NCBI GenBank assembly: GCA_963752255.1 | Contig: CAVVXT010000012.1 | Location: 96,001-160,000 of the forward strand | Reading direction: 5' to 3' | DNA length: 64,000 bases | DNA from: Nitrososphaeria archaeon | GTDB lineage: Archaea; Thermoproteota; Nitrososphaeria; JACIWG01 | In this document: positions 20,438-31,500 of the stretch, piece by piece | Layout of the letters: every line of letters starts with the position of its first letter | Numbering within the stretch: the first letter of the stretch is position 1 | The notes under the pieces: model-generated | What the model was told of the DNA's origin: nothing | The model's input: only the letters and a program-made list of their open reading frames with translations | Databases searched by the model: none | Position numbers and translations under genes: made by a program

Positions 20438-20596
20438 AATTATCTATCGTCAACTATCTTTTATTAATTCTTTATATTTCTTTTGTGAGGACTAAAACAA
20501 CAATTCGTTTATTTCTTAGCGCAAAAACAACAGAAATTATTAGCTAGTATAATCTTATAAAAGTTTTTATACTCATTTTAGATAAAGTGATATTTA

Positions 20597-21001
20597 ATGT
20601 CAGTTAAGTCGTTGAATGTTAAAGACGTTAAAATTATTAAAGCGCTTGGAGGACCCATAAAACCCATAATCTCCAACGAGACCACAAGTAAAAACCAGGA
20701 CTTCGCGATGGGCGTCTTCAAACCCAAGGACGGGCTGTACCCTCATACCCACGTGAATTCAGAGGAAATCTACTTTGTTTTAGAAGGGAGAGGCACTGTT
20801 TTTGTTGGAAAAGAAAAGAAGACTATGAAGATCTCTGAAGGAGACGTTGTGTACATACCTTCCGGCGTTGTGCATGGTGTGACAAATACGGGGAAGAAGA
20901 AGCTTCTGATAGCATTCTTTGTGTCACCAGGAAAGCAACACGCAGGCTTTAGCATAGGCAAGGATTGTGTTGTCTTCGAAGAAAAAATTCTGACACCTTA
21001 G
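20597..21001 (+). CDS. Cupin domain protein
   Basis: HTH-x3-EEIYF and PSGVVH cupin motifs. Confidence 0.9.
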   Translation: MSVKSLNVKDVKIIKALGGPIKPIISNETTSKNQDFAMGVFKPKDGLYPHTHVNSEEIYFVLEGRGTVFVGKEKKTMKISEGDVVYIPSGVVHGVTNTGKKKLLIAFFVSPGKQHAGFSIGKDCVVFEEKILTP

Positions 21002-21176
21002 ACAAAAACATGAAATAAATAATGTTGATTAAGGCAAATTGATTTTAAGGCTTTTTTCACACCCCTTTCCTTTTTTGATATCACTTTTTCTAAACTCTAC
21101 ACAGTATTTTAAATAACATTTCTGACTATAAAACAAAAAGATATAGCCGAGATTCTTACAGTGTAAGCTGGTAGAA

Positions 21177-22421
21177 ATGTACCCCAACATGGTAGATGTC
21201 AGACAATATTTTGATGCATCTCCAGCGATAGACTATAAAAATGTACTACTAGAGGAACTGAAAAACGCTGATCTTAAATCAGTCGTGAAACCGGGTGCAA
21301 GGGTCGCCATAACAGCTGGAAGTAGGGGAGTAACAAACATAGCTGATATTATAAAGACGATTGTCGAAGAGGTGAAGAAAGTTGGAGGGATTCCCTTTAT
21401 CATGCCTACGATGGGAAGCCACGGTGGCGCTACTTCTGAAGGCCAAGTCAGAGTTCTGAGCGACCTTGGTTTGACGGAGAGCTTTGCCGGCGCACCTATA
21501 ATGTCATCAATGGAGGTAAAAGAGGTAACTAGACTCGACAACGGTAAACCTGTCTATGTTTCAAAACCCGCTCTTGGAGCTGATGCGATTATAGTGGTTG
21601 GCAGGGTTAAGCCCCACACTGATTTTAAGGACGAAGTCGAGAGCGGCCTTATGAAGATGATGGTTATCGGCCTAGGCAAGCAGAAGGGAGCTCAGACATT
21701 TCATTCCAATGGAAGATATGGTTACCATAACTTGATCGTACAAACTGCAAGGAAGATCATGGAAAATGCCCCAGTCAAGCTTGGCATAGCTATAGTTGAA
21801 AACCAGTACCATGATACAGCCCTGATAAAAGCGCTTAAACCTCATGAGATAGAAAGAGAAGAAAGAAAACTTCTTGCCAAATCAAAGGAATGGATGATGA
21901 AGATCCCTTTCAACCAATTAGATCTGCTCATAGTGGAGAAGATGGGAAAGAACATCAGCGGTACAGGGATGGACCCAAATGTCACAGGTAGATTTGCATG
22001 GCCTGAAGAAAAACCAAAGGACCTACTCGACATAAGAATGATTGTGACACTTGATCTGACTAAGGAAACCGAAGGAAACGCGATAGGCGTTGGACTAGCA
22101 GATATAATAACGAAAAGGCTATTTGATAAAATAAACTTCAATGACACATACATGAACTCTTTGACTGCCGGCATGATCGGGATAATCGGAGCCAAGATCC
22201 CTACTGTGATGCCAACAGATCAGGACGCCATAGGGCTTGCACTGCGTCTCCTAGACAAGAAGAATGAAGAAGTTCGGATTATGCGTATTAAAAACACTCT
22301 TGAACTGGCTACATTCCAAGTATCGGAACCTCTAATCAACGAAGTAGAGAAAAATAAAAAACTTGAACTACAAGGTGAAATTGACGAGATGCAGTTCAAT
22401 ATTCTTGGAAATCTGGTATAG
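21177..22421 (+). CDS. Lactate racemase (LarA N-terminal/DUF2088)-like protein
   Basis: AITAGSRG, PTMGSHGGAT, RVKPHTDF and GKNISGTGMD motifs. Confidence 0.7.
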   Translation: MYPNMVDVRQYFDASPAIDYKNVLLEELKNADLKSVVKPGARVAITAGSRGVTNIADIIKTIVEEVKKVGGIPFIMPTMGSHGGATSEGQVRVLSDLGLTESFAGAPIMSSMEVKEVTRLDNGKPVYVSKPALGADAIIVVGRVKPHTDFKDEVESGLMKMMVIGLGKQKGAQTFHSNGRYGYHNLIVQTARKIMENAPVKLGIAIVENQYHDTALIKALKPHEIEREERKLLAKSKEWMMKIPFNQLDLLIVEKMGKNISGTGMDPNVTGRFAWPEEKPKDLLDIRMIVTLDLTKETEGNAIGVGLADIITKRLFDKINFNDTYMNSLTAGMIGIIGAKIPTVMPTDQDAIGLALRLLDKKNEEVRIMRIKNTLELATFQVSEPLINEVEKNKKLELQGEIDEMQFNILGNLV

Positions 22422-22480
22422 GGGATTCTCAAAGCTCTGTAGAGGGAATATAGTTATCATCGGTATCTGCAGGAGTATAG

Positions 22481-23455
22481 CTATCTTGCGGCATTTGTTA
22501 CGCCGTTTACGTGATAGCAGGATACAAGATGCCTGTCACCTTCGAGTTTTGGTTCCTTGGAGCGGCATAGGTCATCTGAATACGGACAGCGTGGACTAAA
22601 CTTGCAGCCTTTTATGACCCCATTTGATCCTTCAGGAGTACTATTGTAATTTGATACATCATATTTATTTGACATGTAAAGAGATGGAACAGAGGATATA
22701 AGTAACTTTGTATAGGGATGAAGAGGATTGTTGAAGACTTCATCGCTTCCACCTATTTCCACAAGCTCTCCTAGATACATGACGCCCACTCTATCGCTCA
22801 CATAACTAACAACGGAGAGGTTGTGGGAAATGAACAAATAGGATAAGCCGACTTTTTTCTGGATTTCAGTAAGTAGGTTCAGGATCTGAGCCTGTACGGA
22901 CACGTCGAGAGCCGAAGTCGGTTCGTCTAGGACAATAAATTCGGGTTCAGCTAAAATAGCTCTTGCGACAGCAACTCTCTGTTTCATCCCTCCACTTAAA
23001 TGGTGTGGGAACATGTCTATGACGTCAGGTCTAAGGCCGACGTCTCCGACAACACTCTTTATTCGGTCATAACAGTTCCCCTTGTAACGGCTGCATTCAA
23101 GACCCTCTAACAAAATTTTGCCAATCTTCATCCTCGGGTCCAGTGACGAGTCAGGGTTTTGGAAAACCACCTGCATTTTTCTTCTCGCTTCTTTGACGAC
23201 GCTCTTCTTAGCTTTCAACAGATCCAAGTCCTTAAAGAGCACCCTACCGGAACTCGGCTGTTCCAACCAGAGGAGAAGCCTCCCAAGTGTGCTTTTACCA
23301 CTGCCACTTTCACCAACAAGCCCGAAGACTTCTTTACTTCGAATTGAAATATTGACACCTTCGACAGCTTTAAGCACACTTGATTTAGTGGTAGAAACCT
23401 TAACGTCATAGAACTTTGATAGATTTTCTCCTCTAATGATTTCCGTAAATGTCAC
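22481..23455 (-). CDS. dppF: Oligo/dipeptide ABC transporter ATPase
   Basis: GESGSGKST, LSGGMKQR, DEPTSALD and C-terminal Cys cluster. Confidence 0.9.
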   Translation of the reverse strand: MTFTEIIRGENLSKFYDVKVSTTKSSVLKAVEGVNISIRSKEVFGLVGESGSGKSTLGRLLLWLEQPSSGRVLFKDLDLLKAKKSVVKEARRKMQVVFQNPDSSLDPRMKIGKILLEGLECSRYKGNCYDRIKSVVGDVGLRPDVIDMFPHHLSGGMKQRVAVARAILAEPEFIVLDEPTSALDVSVQAQILNLLTEIQKKVGLSYLFISHNLSVVSYVSDRVGVMYLGELVEIGGSDEVFNNPLHPYTKLLISSVPSLYMSNKYDVSNYNSTPEGSNGVIKGCKFSPRCPYSDDLCRSKEPKLEGDRHLVSCYHVNGVTNAAR

Positions 23456-24411
23456 CTTACTTTATGACAAGCTATAAGCCTCCCCTCTATTGGCACAAGT
23501 TCGGGTTCATCGAGCCTACAATTTTCTTGCGCATACGGGCAGCGCGGACGAAACTTGCAACCTTCAGGAAGGTTGGACATGTCGGGTACGTTTCCGGGCA
23601 ATGGTTTAAGAATACCCCTTTGCCCTTTTGGAATACAGCTCATCAATGAGAGCGTGTACGGGTGTTTTGGGTTATTGAAGATGTCCTCTAAAGATCCCAT
23701 TTCAAGAATTCTTCCAGCGTACATTATCCCGATGTAATTGCAGACTTCTGCGGCGACGCCCATGTCGTGTGTTATCAAGATCATCGACAGGCCTTTGCTT
23801 TCTGAAAGGTTTCTGATAAGCTTCAGTATCTGATCCTGTATCGTTACATCAAGTGCAGAAGTTGGTTCATCGGCTATTACTAAACTAGGGTTAAGCGCTA
23901 TAGCCATGGCTATAACTATTCTCTGTTTCATCCCTCCACTTAGCTGGTGTGGATAGCACTCCATCCGCTTTTCTGGATCAGGTAGTCCAACTATTTTTAG
24001 AAGGTCTAAGCTTCTATGATATGCTTCCGATTTAGAAAAACCGTGTGATGTAAAGACCTCCATTACCTGTTCTCTGATACGCATGACTGGGTTAAGTGCT
24101 GATCCTGGATCTTGGAAAATGATTGAGATTTCAGAGCCCCTCATCTTCCTAATCTCTTCTTCCTTGAGCTTAAGTAAATCCAAATCTTCAAACAGGGCTT
24201 CTCCTGCAATCTCTGCTGAACAAAGCCTGATAATGGAGAGACCTAAGGTGCTCTTGCCGCTTCCACTTTCCCCTACTATAGCAAGCCTGTCGCCCTTCTT
24301 AAGAGTGAAACTAACTCCATCAACGGCTCTTATTATAGAACCACTTAGCTTATAGTTGACTTTTAGATTGCGAACATCGAGCAGAACACTATTTGACTGC
24401 AATGACCTCAC
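23452..24411 (-). CDS. dppD: Oligo/dipeptide ABC transporter ATPase
   Basis: GESGSGKST, FQDP, YPHQLSGG and PKHPYT motifs. Confidence 0.9.
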   Translation of the reverse strand: MRSLQSNSVLLDVRNLKVNYKLSGSIIRAVDGVSFTLKKGDRLAIVGESGSGKSTLGLSIIRLCSAEIAGEALFEDLDLLKLKEEEIRKMRGSEISIIFQDPGSALNPVMRIREQVMEVFTSHGFSKSEAYHRSLDLLKIVGLPDPEKRMECYPHQLSGGMKQRIVIAMAIALNPSLVIADEPTSALDVTIQDQILKLIRNLSESKGLSMILITHDMGVAAEVCNYIGIMYAGRILEMGSLEDIFNNPKHPYTLSLMSCIPKGQRGILKPLPGNVPDMSNLPEGCKFRPRCPYAQENCRLDEPELVPIEGRLIACHKVR

Positions 24412-25211
24412 CTATTCTGTCTCCAATCCTGTTGAATGAAAATACTACAAGAAATACGGCAAGTCCTGGGAAAATAATTATGTGGGGCGCAAAGAACATA
24501 TACGCACTTCCCGTACCCAGCATCGTCCCCCATTCTGGCTGGGGCGGTGGAATACCTATGCCTAAGAAACCAAGGCCTGAAACAAAAAGAATTGTGGTTC
24601 CAAGATTCAAAGTCACTTGGGCGATCAGTGTGGGAGAAATATTTGGAATAATGTGTCTCATCATTACTTTCATATTTCTGACGCCTAGTTGTTTTGCTGC
24701 CAAGACATATTCCAGTTCCTTCACCTGCAACGTCAACCCTCTTAGCCATCCTTATATACGATGGGATCATAGACAGAGATACTGAAACTATTACTGTAGT
24801 TAGGTTATTGCCCATGATTGCGATGAACATTATAGCAAGCAAGAGACCCGGCAGTGCCAGAAGTATGTCTGTTAGCCTTTGAAAAACCATATCTACAGCG
24901 CCACCATAAAAACCGGAAAAAACTCCCCCAACTATTCCCACTGCGCCGCTTACTATCGTAGCTGCGAACGCTATAGCGAGCGTCAACCTTGCGCCGTAGA
25001 TAACTCTACTCAAGATGTCTCTTCCTAGTTCATCGGTGCCAAATGGATGGGATAAACTGGGAGACTGGCAACTCTGCGAAAGATTTGTAGCTAAAGGATC
25101 GTAGGGTGCAATAAAGTTAGCAAATAAACCCATTACTATGAAAGCTGACAATATGAGCACGCAAACAAGGACCATCTTGTATCTTAGAACTTCCTTTATA
25201 GTGGAAATCAT
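24389..25211 (-). CDS. dppC: Peptide ABC transporter permease (frameshift ~24742)
   Basis: HPFGTDELGRD and EYVLAA...PEWG halves are joined by removing one A (YIRMARGLTLQVKE). Confidence 0.85.
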
Positions 25212-26134
25212 TTGAGCCTCACCCGAGGGTCGACAACCGTATAGATGACATCAACAGCAAGGTTAACCAGAGCATAAAAAAGGGCGAAAATGAATATGGA
25301 ACCTTGCACCATAGGGTAGTCTCGGGAGTTTATTGAATCGACAATCAACCTTCCGAGTCCGGGCCAAGCGAAGACGTTCTCCGTAATAACAGCCCCGCCG
25401 AGCAGGGCACCAAATTGTAGGCCGACTATGGTTATGACCGGGATTAGCGCATTTCTAAGAATATGCTTGTAAAGCACAACCCTTTCACTTAAACCTTTGG
25501 ATCTTGCTGTTATTACATAGTTCTTCTCCATCGTATCAATTACACTGGCTTTGGTTATCTTTACGACAAAAGCCATCAGATAGAGTGCTATGGTAACAGT
25601 TGGCAAGATATAATTTGCAGGGGAACCGGTTCCACCTGCTGGGAGAATATGTAAGCTTACGGCGAATATCATTATCAATATCAACCCAAGCCAATAAATT
25701 GGCAATGAAATACCAACGATTGAAAAAGATGAAATTAAAGTATCGAAAAAGGTGTTTTTTCTTGATGCCGCAAAAACCCCTAATGGAATACCTAGAATAA
25801 CCACTAGGATGGTGCCTCCTAAGGCTAAGGAGAGTGTGTATGGAAACCTTGAAAGAACTTCTGTGAGAACGGGAGATTGTGTCCTTGCTGAGACACCCAG
25901 ATTGAATGTGAATAGGTTACTCATATAAATAAAATACTGTACATAAATGGGTTTATCAAGGCCAAGCTGCTGTCTAAGAACTGCAACATCTTGTGGACTT
26001 GCCATAAGACCGGCTAGCGCTCTAGCAGGGTCCCCTGGTATAAGCCTGACAAGAATGAAAAGGAATGTAACTAAACCTATCAGAGTGGGTATGAGAATCA
26101 GGAGCCTTTTAAAAAAATAGGAGAGGGCTGACAG
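25208..26134 (-). CDS. dppB: Peptide ABC transporter permease (probable CTG start)
   Basis: Frame extends 43 codons upstream of the listed ATG (KRLLILIPTL...IPGDPA); TARSKGL and RDYP motifs. Confidence 0.88.
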   Translation of the reverse strand: MSALSYFFKRLLILIPTLIGLVTFLFILVRLIPGDPARALAGLMASPQDVAVLRQQLGLDKPIYVQYFIYMSNLFTFNLGVSARTQSPVLTEVLSRFPYTLSLALGGTILVVILGIPLGVFAASRKNTFFDTLISSFSIVGISLPIYWLGLILIMIFAVSLHILPAGGTGSPANYILPTVTIALYLMAFVVKITKASVIDTMEKNYVITARSKGLSERVVLYKHILRNALIPVITIVGLQFGALLGGAVITENVFAWPGLGRLIVDSINSRDYPMVQGSIFIFALFYALVNLAVDVIYTVVDPRVRLK

Positions 26135-26150
26135 TATCTTACACCTGTCA

Positions 26151-27795
26151 TCATGAAATTGTTACTTTTCTGATGTCAAATGTTTCATAGGGACTGATGA
26201 TTAACCCATGAATTTTGCTGCTTGTCACGATAACGAATTTTTGACTGTATAGGAATATCCATGGGGCATCATCCCATATGCCCTTCTGCGCGATAGCGTA
26301 CATTTGTAGCCTATAGGTACTATTACTCGATTGCCTACCTTGTTCAAGAGCCCAGTCTACGGTTGCGTTCTTGTAGAACATTGTGTTAAATTTGCCTGGT
26401 GCCCATTGAGATGAGTCGAATACTGGGTAGAGCATCTGATCTGCGTCTGGAACAGTCATAGCATATCCTATCAAGGTCAGATCCCAGGTGGTTGAAGTTG
26501 CGTTACCTCCCATCAGTTGGCTGACGAAGGTTGGCCAGTCTGGAGTAGATATTGTCACATTTATTCCCACCTTTGCCAAGCATGGACTGTATTGCTTGAC
26601 CAACTTGTGTGTCAAAAAGGTATCTGCCTGTTGGACACAGCATGTTCAGCGTAAACCCGTTTGGATACCCTGCAGCAGCAAGCAGTTCTTTAGCTTTCGT
26701 AACGTTGTATTCGTACTGTTGTTGAGGTGAATAACCGAAAAACGATGTCGGTACCGTGCTATTGACAACTGTTCCCAAGTTGAAGAGGACGTACTTGACT
26801 ATGGCGTTCTTATCGATTGCGTAGTTTAGGGCTTGTCTGACCCTTACATCCTTGAGTGGACCTTTCTGTGTTTCTATGTTAACACACAGCATTCTTGAAC
26901 TGTCTGCTGCTAGTACTTTGACGCCGGCTGTCGTGTTCAGTTTAAGAATGTCTGTTGGAGGAGGGGACAGTATCATATCTAGGTCTCCCGAAAGCAACAT
27001 AGCTTCCCTTGTCGTAGCATCGGGTACGATCACCCATTTGACTTGGCCAAAAGCCGCAGGCCCACCCCAATATTGGTCAAACCTTGTAAAGGTTATATGA
27101 TCACCTTTAACCCATTCCTTGAACATAAAAGGCCCTGTACCCAGACCAGCAAGAGAGCTTTTAATACCTGCTACACCGAGTTTTGCGTAAGATGAAGGCG
27201 ACATTATTGGAAACTCCGAAGTAGCCATAATAAAGGGAGCGAACGGGTATTTTAGGTTGAATTGAACCGAATATGTACCTGTAATTTCTGTTGAATTAAG
27301 GCAGGCAATTGAACTTCTCATAGGAACTGTTACGTTAGGGTTCAGAACTCTATCAAACGAGAACTTGACAGCTGTTGCATTAAAGTCAGTGCCATCCTGG
27401 AACTTGACGTTCTTTCTGAGTTGGACATCAACTTTGAGACCGTCAGAGGATACTGTATAGCTTTCGGCGAGGAGGTTCACGACTCTTCCATTTTGGTCGT
27501 AGTAGAACAAAGGTTCAACTGCGAATTGAATTATGTTCACAATGGTCGTCGTAGTTTGACCATCGGGATCTATAGTATCAGGGTCTGTACCTATACCTAT
27601 CCGTAGGTTAGTCGAAGTTGAATTAGAGCTTGATGTTGGAATGGTCGACATACTCGTGGAAGTCGAAGTAGAAGAAGTTGTGGTATTCATCATTCCCGAA
27701 AGGTAAATGGCTGCAACTCCAGCAATCACAATAATAACTGCTGCTGCAATAACCAACATCTTATTCAAAGCTTTCATCTGTCTATTGGTTGACAT
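26151..27795 (-). CDS. dppA: Peptide ABC transporter substrate-binding protein, family 5 (frameshift ~26576)
   Basis: N-terminal TM anchor, Ser/Thr linker, LAESY, FQDGT, GTGPF and VRQAL motifs; C-terminus lies in a second frame. Confidence 0.85.
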
Positions 27796-27798
27796 TGT

Positions 27799-29064
27799 TT
27801 AGAAACCCCTCTTTGCGTTTATCGCACCTTCTTTAACGACGAGCCTAATGTTGTCCCTCTTCTGGAGTAGACCGATATCATCTAGAGGGTTTCCATTAAC
27901 TGCTATCAAGTCCGCGAACTTGCCTGCTTCAAGTGTCCCCGTCATGTTTGTAAGCGCACACGCTTGAGCTCCGGTCTTGGTTGCAGCAACTATCGCCTCC
28001 ATGGGTGTAAAATTGCATTTTTCTACCAGCAGTTGCAGTTCCATGGCGTTGCTTCCGAACTTTAACATTGGACTTCCAACGAAATCTGTTCCCGTGGCTA
28101 TTTTGACTCCACGTTTCTTTGCTGCAGAAATATTTTTTACATGGTCTTCGATTACTTCCATAGACTTCTTCAAACCCCATTCTGGAGTCCCAGCTTCTCT
28201 GCCCTTTGTTATCAGCTGGTGAACGATAGATAGAGTTGGAACAACGATCGCATCCTTTTCAACCATCATCTTCGAAGCTTCTTCGTCGATGTATATTCCG
28301 TGCTCGATTGTTTTAACACCTGCGACGAGGGCGTTCTTGATTCCTTTCGCACCCTGTGCGTGAGAGGCTACAAATGTGCCTACTTTCCTGGCTTCGTTTA
28401 CTATTGCACCTATCTCCTCTATCGTGAATTGTTCGTCGTTTGGCTTGTCTCTTTCAGACATAACACCTCCAGTAGAGCATATTTTTATGAAGTTCGCACC
28501 CTCTCTTAGCGCTAGTCTGGCAGCTCGCATGCATTCAGGGACACCGTCGCAAATAATACTGCCCATACCTTGTTTATACTCACTCCTCCTTTTTGCTATC
28601 TCAAGAGAAAAGAAATGTTCGTCGCCATGGCCGAAGGTTTGAGTAAGCACCCTTCCCGATGCGACGATTCTAGGTCCCCTTGTTATGCCGGCTTCAACCG
28701 CCATTCGAAGATAGGGACCGTTAATTCCTCCACAGTCTCTAACAGTTGTGAAACCTGCATCAAGTAGATCCTGTATATCGTAAATAGCTTTTATGAGCAG
28801 AAGCTCTGTTGGTCTTACTACAGTCTCCTCTACCCATTTGTCAGTCCAGTGACCGCCGATATGTAGGTGTGAGTCGATCATGCCCGGCATAACGGTGAAA
28901 TTTCCTGCATCTAAAACTTCAATGGATGAATCCACGCGCTTCGATATTGAATCAATTTTTCCATTGTTTATGACAACAAAGACATCGTGCAAAGGTGTAT
29001 TACCAGTACCGTCTATTAACAGCCCAGATTTTATAGCGTATTTAGTTCTTTTTTTATCGGACAT
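27799..29064 (-). CDS. Metal-dependent amidohydrolase (Xaa-Pro dipeptidase-like)
   Basis: PGMIDSHLH, IKIC, ASHA, IEHG and GTD metal-ligand motifs. Confidence 0.88.
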   Translation of the reverse strand: MSDKKRTKYAIKSGLLIDGTGNTPLHDVFVVINNGKIDSISKRVDSSIEVLDAGNFTVMPGMIDSHLHIGGHWTDKWVEETVVRPTELLLIKAIYDIQDLLDAGFTTVRDCGGINGPYLRMAVEAGITRGPRIVASGRVLTQTFGHGDEHFFSLEIAKRRSEYKQGMGSIICDGVPECMRAARLALREGANFIKICSTGGVMSERDKPNDEQFTIEEIGAIVNEARKVGTFVASHAQGAKGIKNALVAGVKTIEHGIYIDEEASKMMVEKDAIVVPTLSIVHQLITKGREAGTPEWGLKKSMEVIEDHVKNISAAKKRGVKIATGTDFVGSPMLKFGSNAMELQLLVEKCNFTPMEAIVAATKTGAQACALTNMTGTLEAGKFADLIAVNGNPLDDIGLLQKRDNIRLVVKEGAINAKRGF

Positions 29065-29275
29065 TTGTAAATCAGACCTATTTAAACATTGTATATAAAC
29101 GTTTAAATGGTATATATTGATAAAAATTTTAATTATTTGACGATTAAAGAAAAAAAATAAACTTTATTGTTATAACCGGCCTTCCAAGAAATTAACATGT
29201 TTAAGTTAAATATGTTCCTATCTATCTACGCATTAAACTAATACTTGTAAAAGAAAATAATTATATCGCTAAAAC

Positions 29276-30670
29276 CTAATCAGATACATATATTACTCTG
29301 AGATCTTGAACATTTGTTCCAGTGCTACCGGTATAAATTAAATCCTCAAGCTTTGCTAGAGCCTGGTACGAATTATGGTCCTCTAACGCTTTATAGATGT
29401 CGACATTAAGCTCTCTAGCCCTCTTAACAGTAAATCCATCAGAAATGCCCCCAGCCACTTCGGTCGGTCCATCAGTGCCATCAGAGTCAACACTTCCTAC
29501 AGTTATTTTATCGCTTCCTTCTATCCTGGTTGCTGAAGCCAAAGCAAATTCCTGATTGCGGCCACCCTTAACATCCTTTCTTACATACCTACCCATAGTC
29601 ACAATCAATTCACCTCCCGATATAAGCACACATGGGGGTTTGAAAGGTCTTTTACGCTGTTCAACCTCACGTGCAATGCTCGCAAGTGTTCTCGCCGCAT
29701 CCTTTGCTTCAGCACTTACTCTCTGAGCCAAGATCACGCTTCTTATCCCCATCTCCTCCGCCTTTCTCCTTGCACCCAGAAGCATATACTCAGCTGTCAT
29801 GACAACAGATTTTCTAAAATACACTTTAGAGAACTCTTCCCTGCTCGGAAGTTCATACCTCGGATCTGCCCGCTCAAATAGAGACTTTACTGAACGAGGA
29901 AGTTCGTCCCACGCGCCATATTTTTTCACAACATTTATCGCGTCCTTGAACGTCGAGTAGGGTTCAGCATATGATAGTGTTTCTTCTGGCCAGAGTTCGT
30001 TAGTCAAAATATAGATGTATTTGGCTGGATAGACGTACATGTTTATTCTGCCTCCGCCTAACATCGAGAGATGATGCCTTACAACATTTAACTCCCAAAT
30101 AGGTATACCTCGATCATAATATAGTAGAAGATAAGTTTTGGCGAGATCTTCTATACTGACCTCTGGCGGTGGCAGAGCACTCAACGAAGTTGCACCGCCA
30201 GATCCCACATATATTACAATATCGTCTTCGGTAGCTTTCTCAGCTATCTGCCTTATGCGTTCAGCACCTTCCACCGAGTCTTCATCGGGTAGAGGATGGC
30301 CGGCAAAGGTTACTTCAATTTTCTTAAGGTCACTGCATTCCCCTTTTTTTATATTTATGTGGCCCTCCGTAAGTCTATTTCCTAACACTTCCTCGAATAC
30401 TTTAGCCATCCTTTGGACAGCTTTCCCAGCACCTATAACGTAGATGTTCTTTACCTCTGAAAGATCGAAAACATCTGATCCTATCGTCAGTTTCCCATTC
30501 TTTATATGAACTATCTTACGGGTGTTAGGGTAAGGGTCCGCTGATCTTAATCCTTCCTCAAGAATTTGTATAACGATTTTGCGCCCTTCAATGTTTCCGT
30601 GTGAAGAAAGGATGTTAGAATTCTTGATAGGGTTAGATAGGCTTACAGATCCTTGGACCCTTGAAGGCAT
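29276..30670 (-). CDS. Glycerate kinase type 2-like (DUF4147/MOFRL)
   Basis: GAGKA, GHPLPD, SGGE, GGRNQE, DGTDG and TGTNVQD motifs. Confidence 0.8.
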   Translation of the reverse strand: MPSRVQGSVSLSNPIKNSNILSSHGNIEGRKIVIQILEEGLRSADPYPNTRKIVHIKNGKLTIGSDVFDLSEVKNIYVIGAGKAVQRMAKVFEEVLGNRLTEGHINIKKGECSDLKKIEVTFAGHPLPDEDSVEGAERIRQIAEKATEDDIVIYVGSGGATSLSALPPPEVSIEDLAKTYLLLYYDRGIPIWELNVVRHHLSMLGGGRINMYVYPAKYIYILTNELWPEETLSYAEPYSTFKDAINVVKKYGAWDELPRSVKSLFERADPRYELPSREEFSKVYFRKSVVMTAEYMLLGARRKAEEMGIRSVILAQRVSAEAKDAARTLASIAREVEQRKRPFKPPCVLISGGELIVTMGRYVRKDVKGGRNQEFALASATRIEGSDKITVGSVDSDGTDGPTEVAGGISDGFTVKRARELNVDIYKALEDHNSYQALAKLEDLIYTGSTGTNVQDLRVIYVSD

Positions 30671-30740
30671 CGTTTTTCAATTTCTAATAATGCTTATAAA
30701 CTTTAGATGGAGGAGAAGCAGAAAATAGTGTGCGAAAATT

Positions 30741-31433
30741 CTATTTTTGGTGAAAGATAATCTTTAAAGCCTTTTTCGATTCATTTATCATATCATTTAA
30801 AGCCTCAAACGCTCTACCAACGTCTTCATTTTTCACTAGAATAACAGTATCAGTATAAGAACTTGTAGTATCTTCAATGTTGACACCCGATGTGAAAAGC
30901 TTTTCATATATCGATATCGCACACCCGGGAACATCTGTAATATCGGGTGGACTGCCTACAATTATTGCCGCAAGTCCTTTCCGGAATTCTAACGAAGAGC
31001 CTTTACCTAAGAAGTCCCAGGCATCCATCGATTGATCTTCGTCCATGATTATAGTTATTGCGGAAGTTCCTAAAGAAATATGTATAATAGAGTGTAAGAA
31101 TTTTCTTATGAATTCTGTAAATCTGATCATCATCGCTCTCGTCTTTTCAACAGTTATCTTTGCGACACCTGTTTTGACGGAAATGTCGCTGTCTGCTAAT
31201 ATCATAATAACATTCTTACTCATCTGTGGGATAGATGGTTTGAACCTCTTAAGCGCGGTGACTATACTCTGATATTCAGCATCATACCCCACTCTCTTGT
31301 CAACCATTGGCTTTATCATCCTAGCAATCGCGCTATAGTTGGAATATCCTCCTTTAATTGAAGCCTGAATGAAAATGTCATTTGAAACTATATCTTTTAC
31401 GCTTAAAGTTATGCTTTGACCAATTTTGGTCAT
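30741..31433 (-). CDS. ACT-domain regulatory protein
   Basis: N-terminal NYSAIAR helix motif and C-terminal ACT (DVPG...GVNI...SSYTD); likely start 31433. Confidence 0.75.
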   Translation of the reverse strand: MTKIGQSITLSVKDIVSNDIFIQASIKGGYSNYSAIARMIKPMVDKRVGYDAEYQSIVTALKRFKPSIPQMSKNVIMILADSDISVKTGVAKITVEKTRAMMIRFTEFIRKFLHSIIHISLGTSAITIIMDEDQSMDAWDFLGKGSSLEFRKGLAAIIVGSPPDITDVPGCAISIYEKLFTSGVNIEDTTSSYTDTVILVKNEDVGRAFEALNDMINESKKALKIIFHQK

Positions 31434-31500
31434 AATTATTTCCAATTGGACAAAAATAACCAAAAAATATATAAACTTACCTATTGGAAGCAAAAATCCT

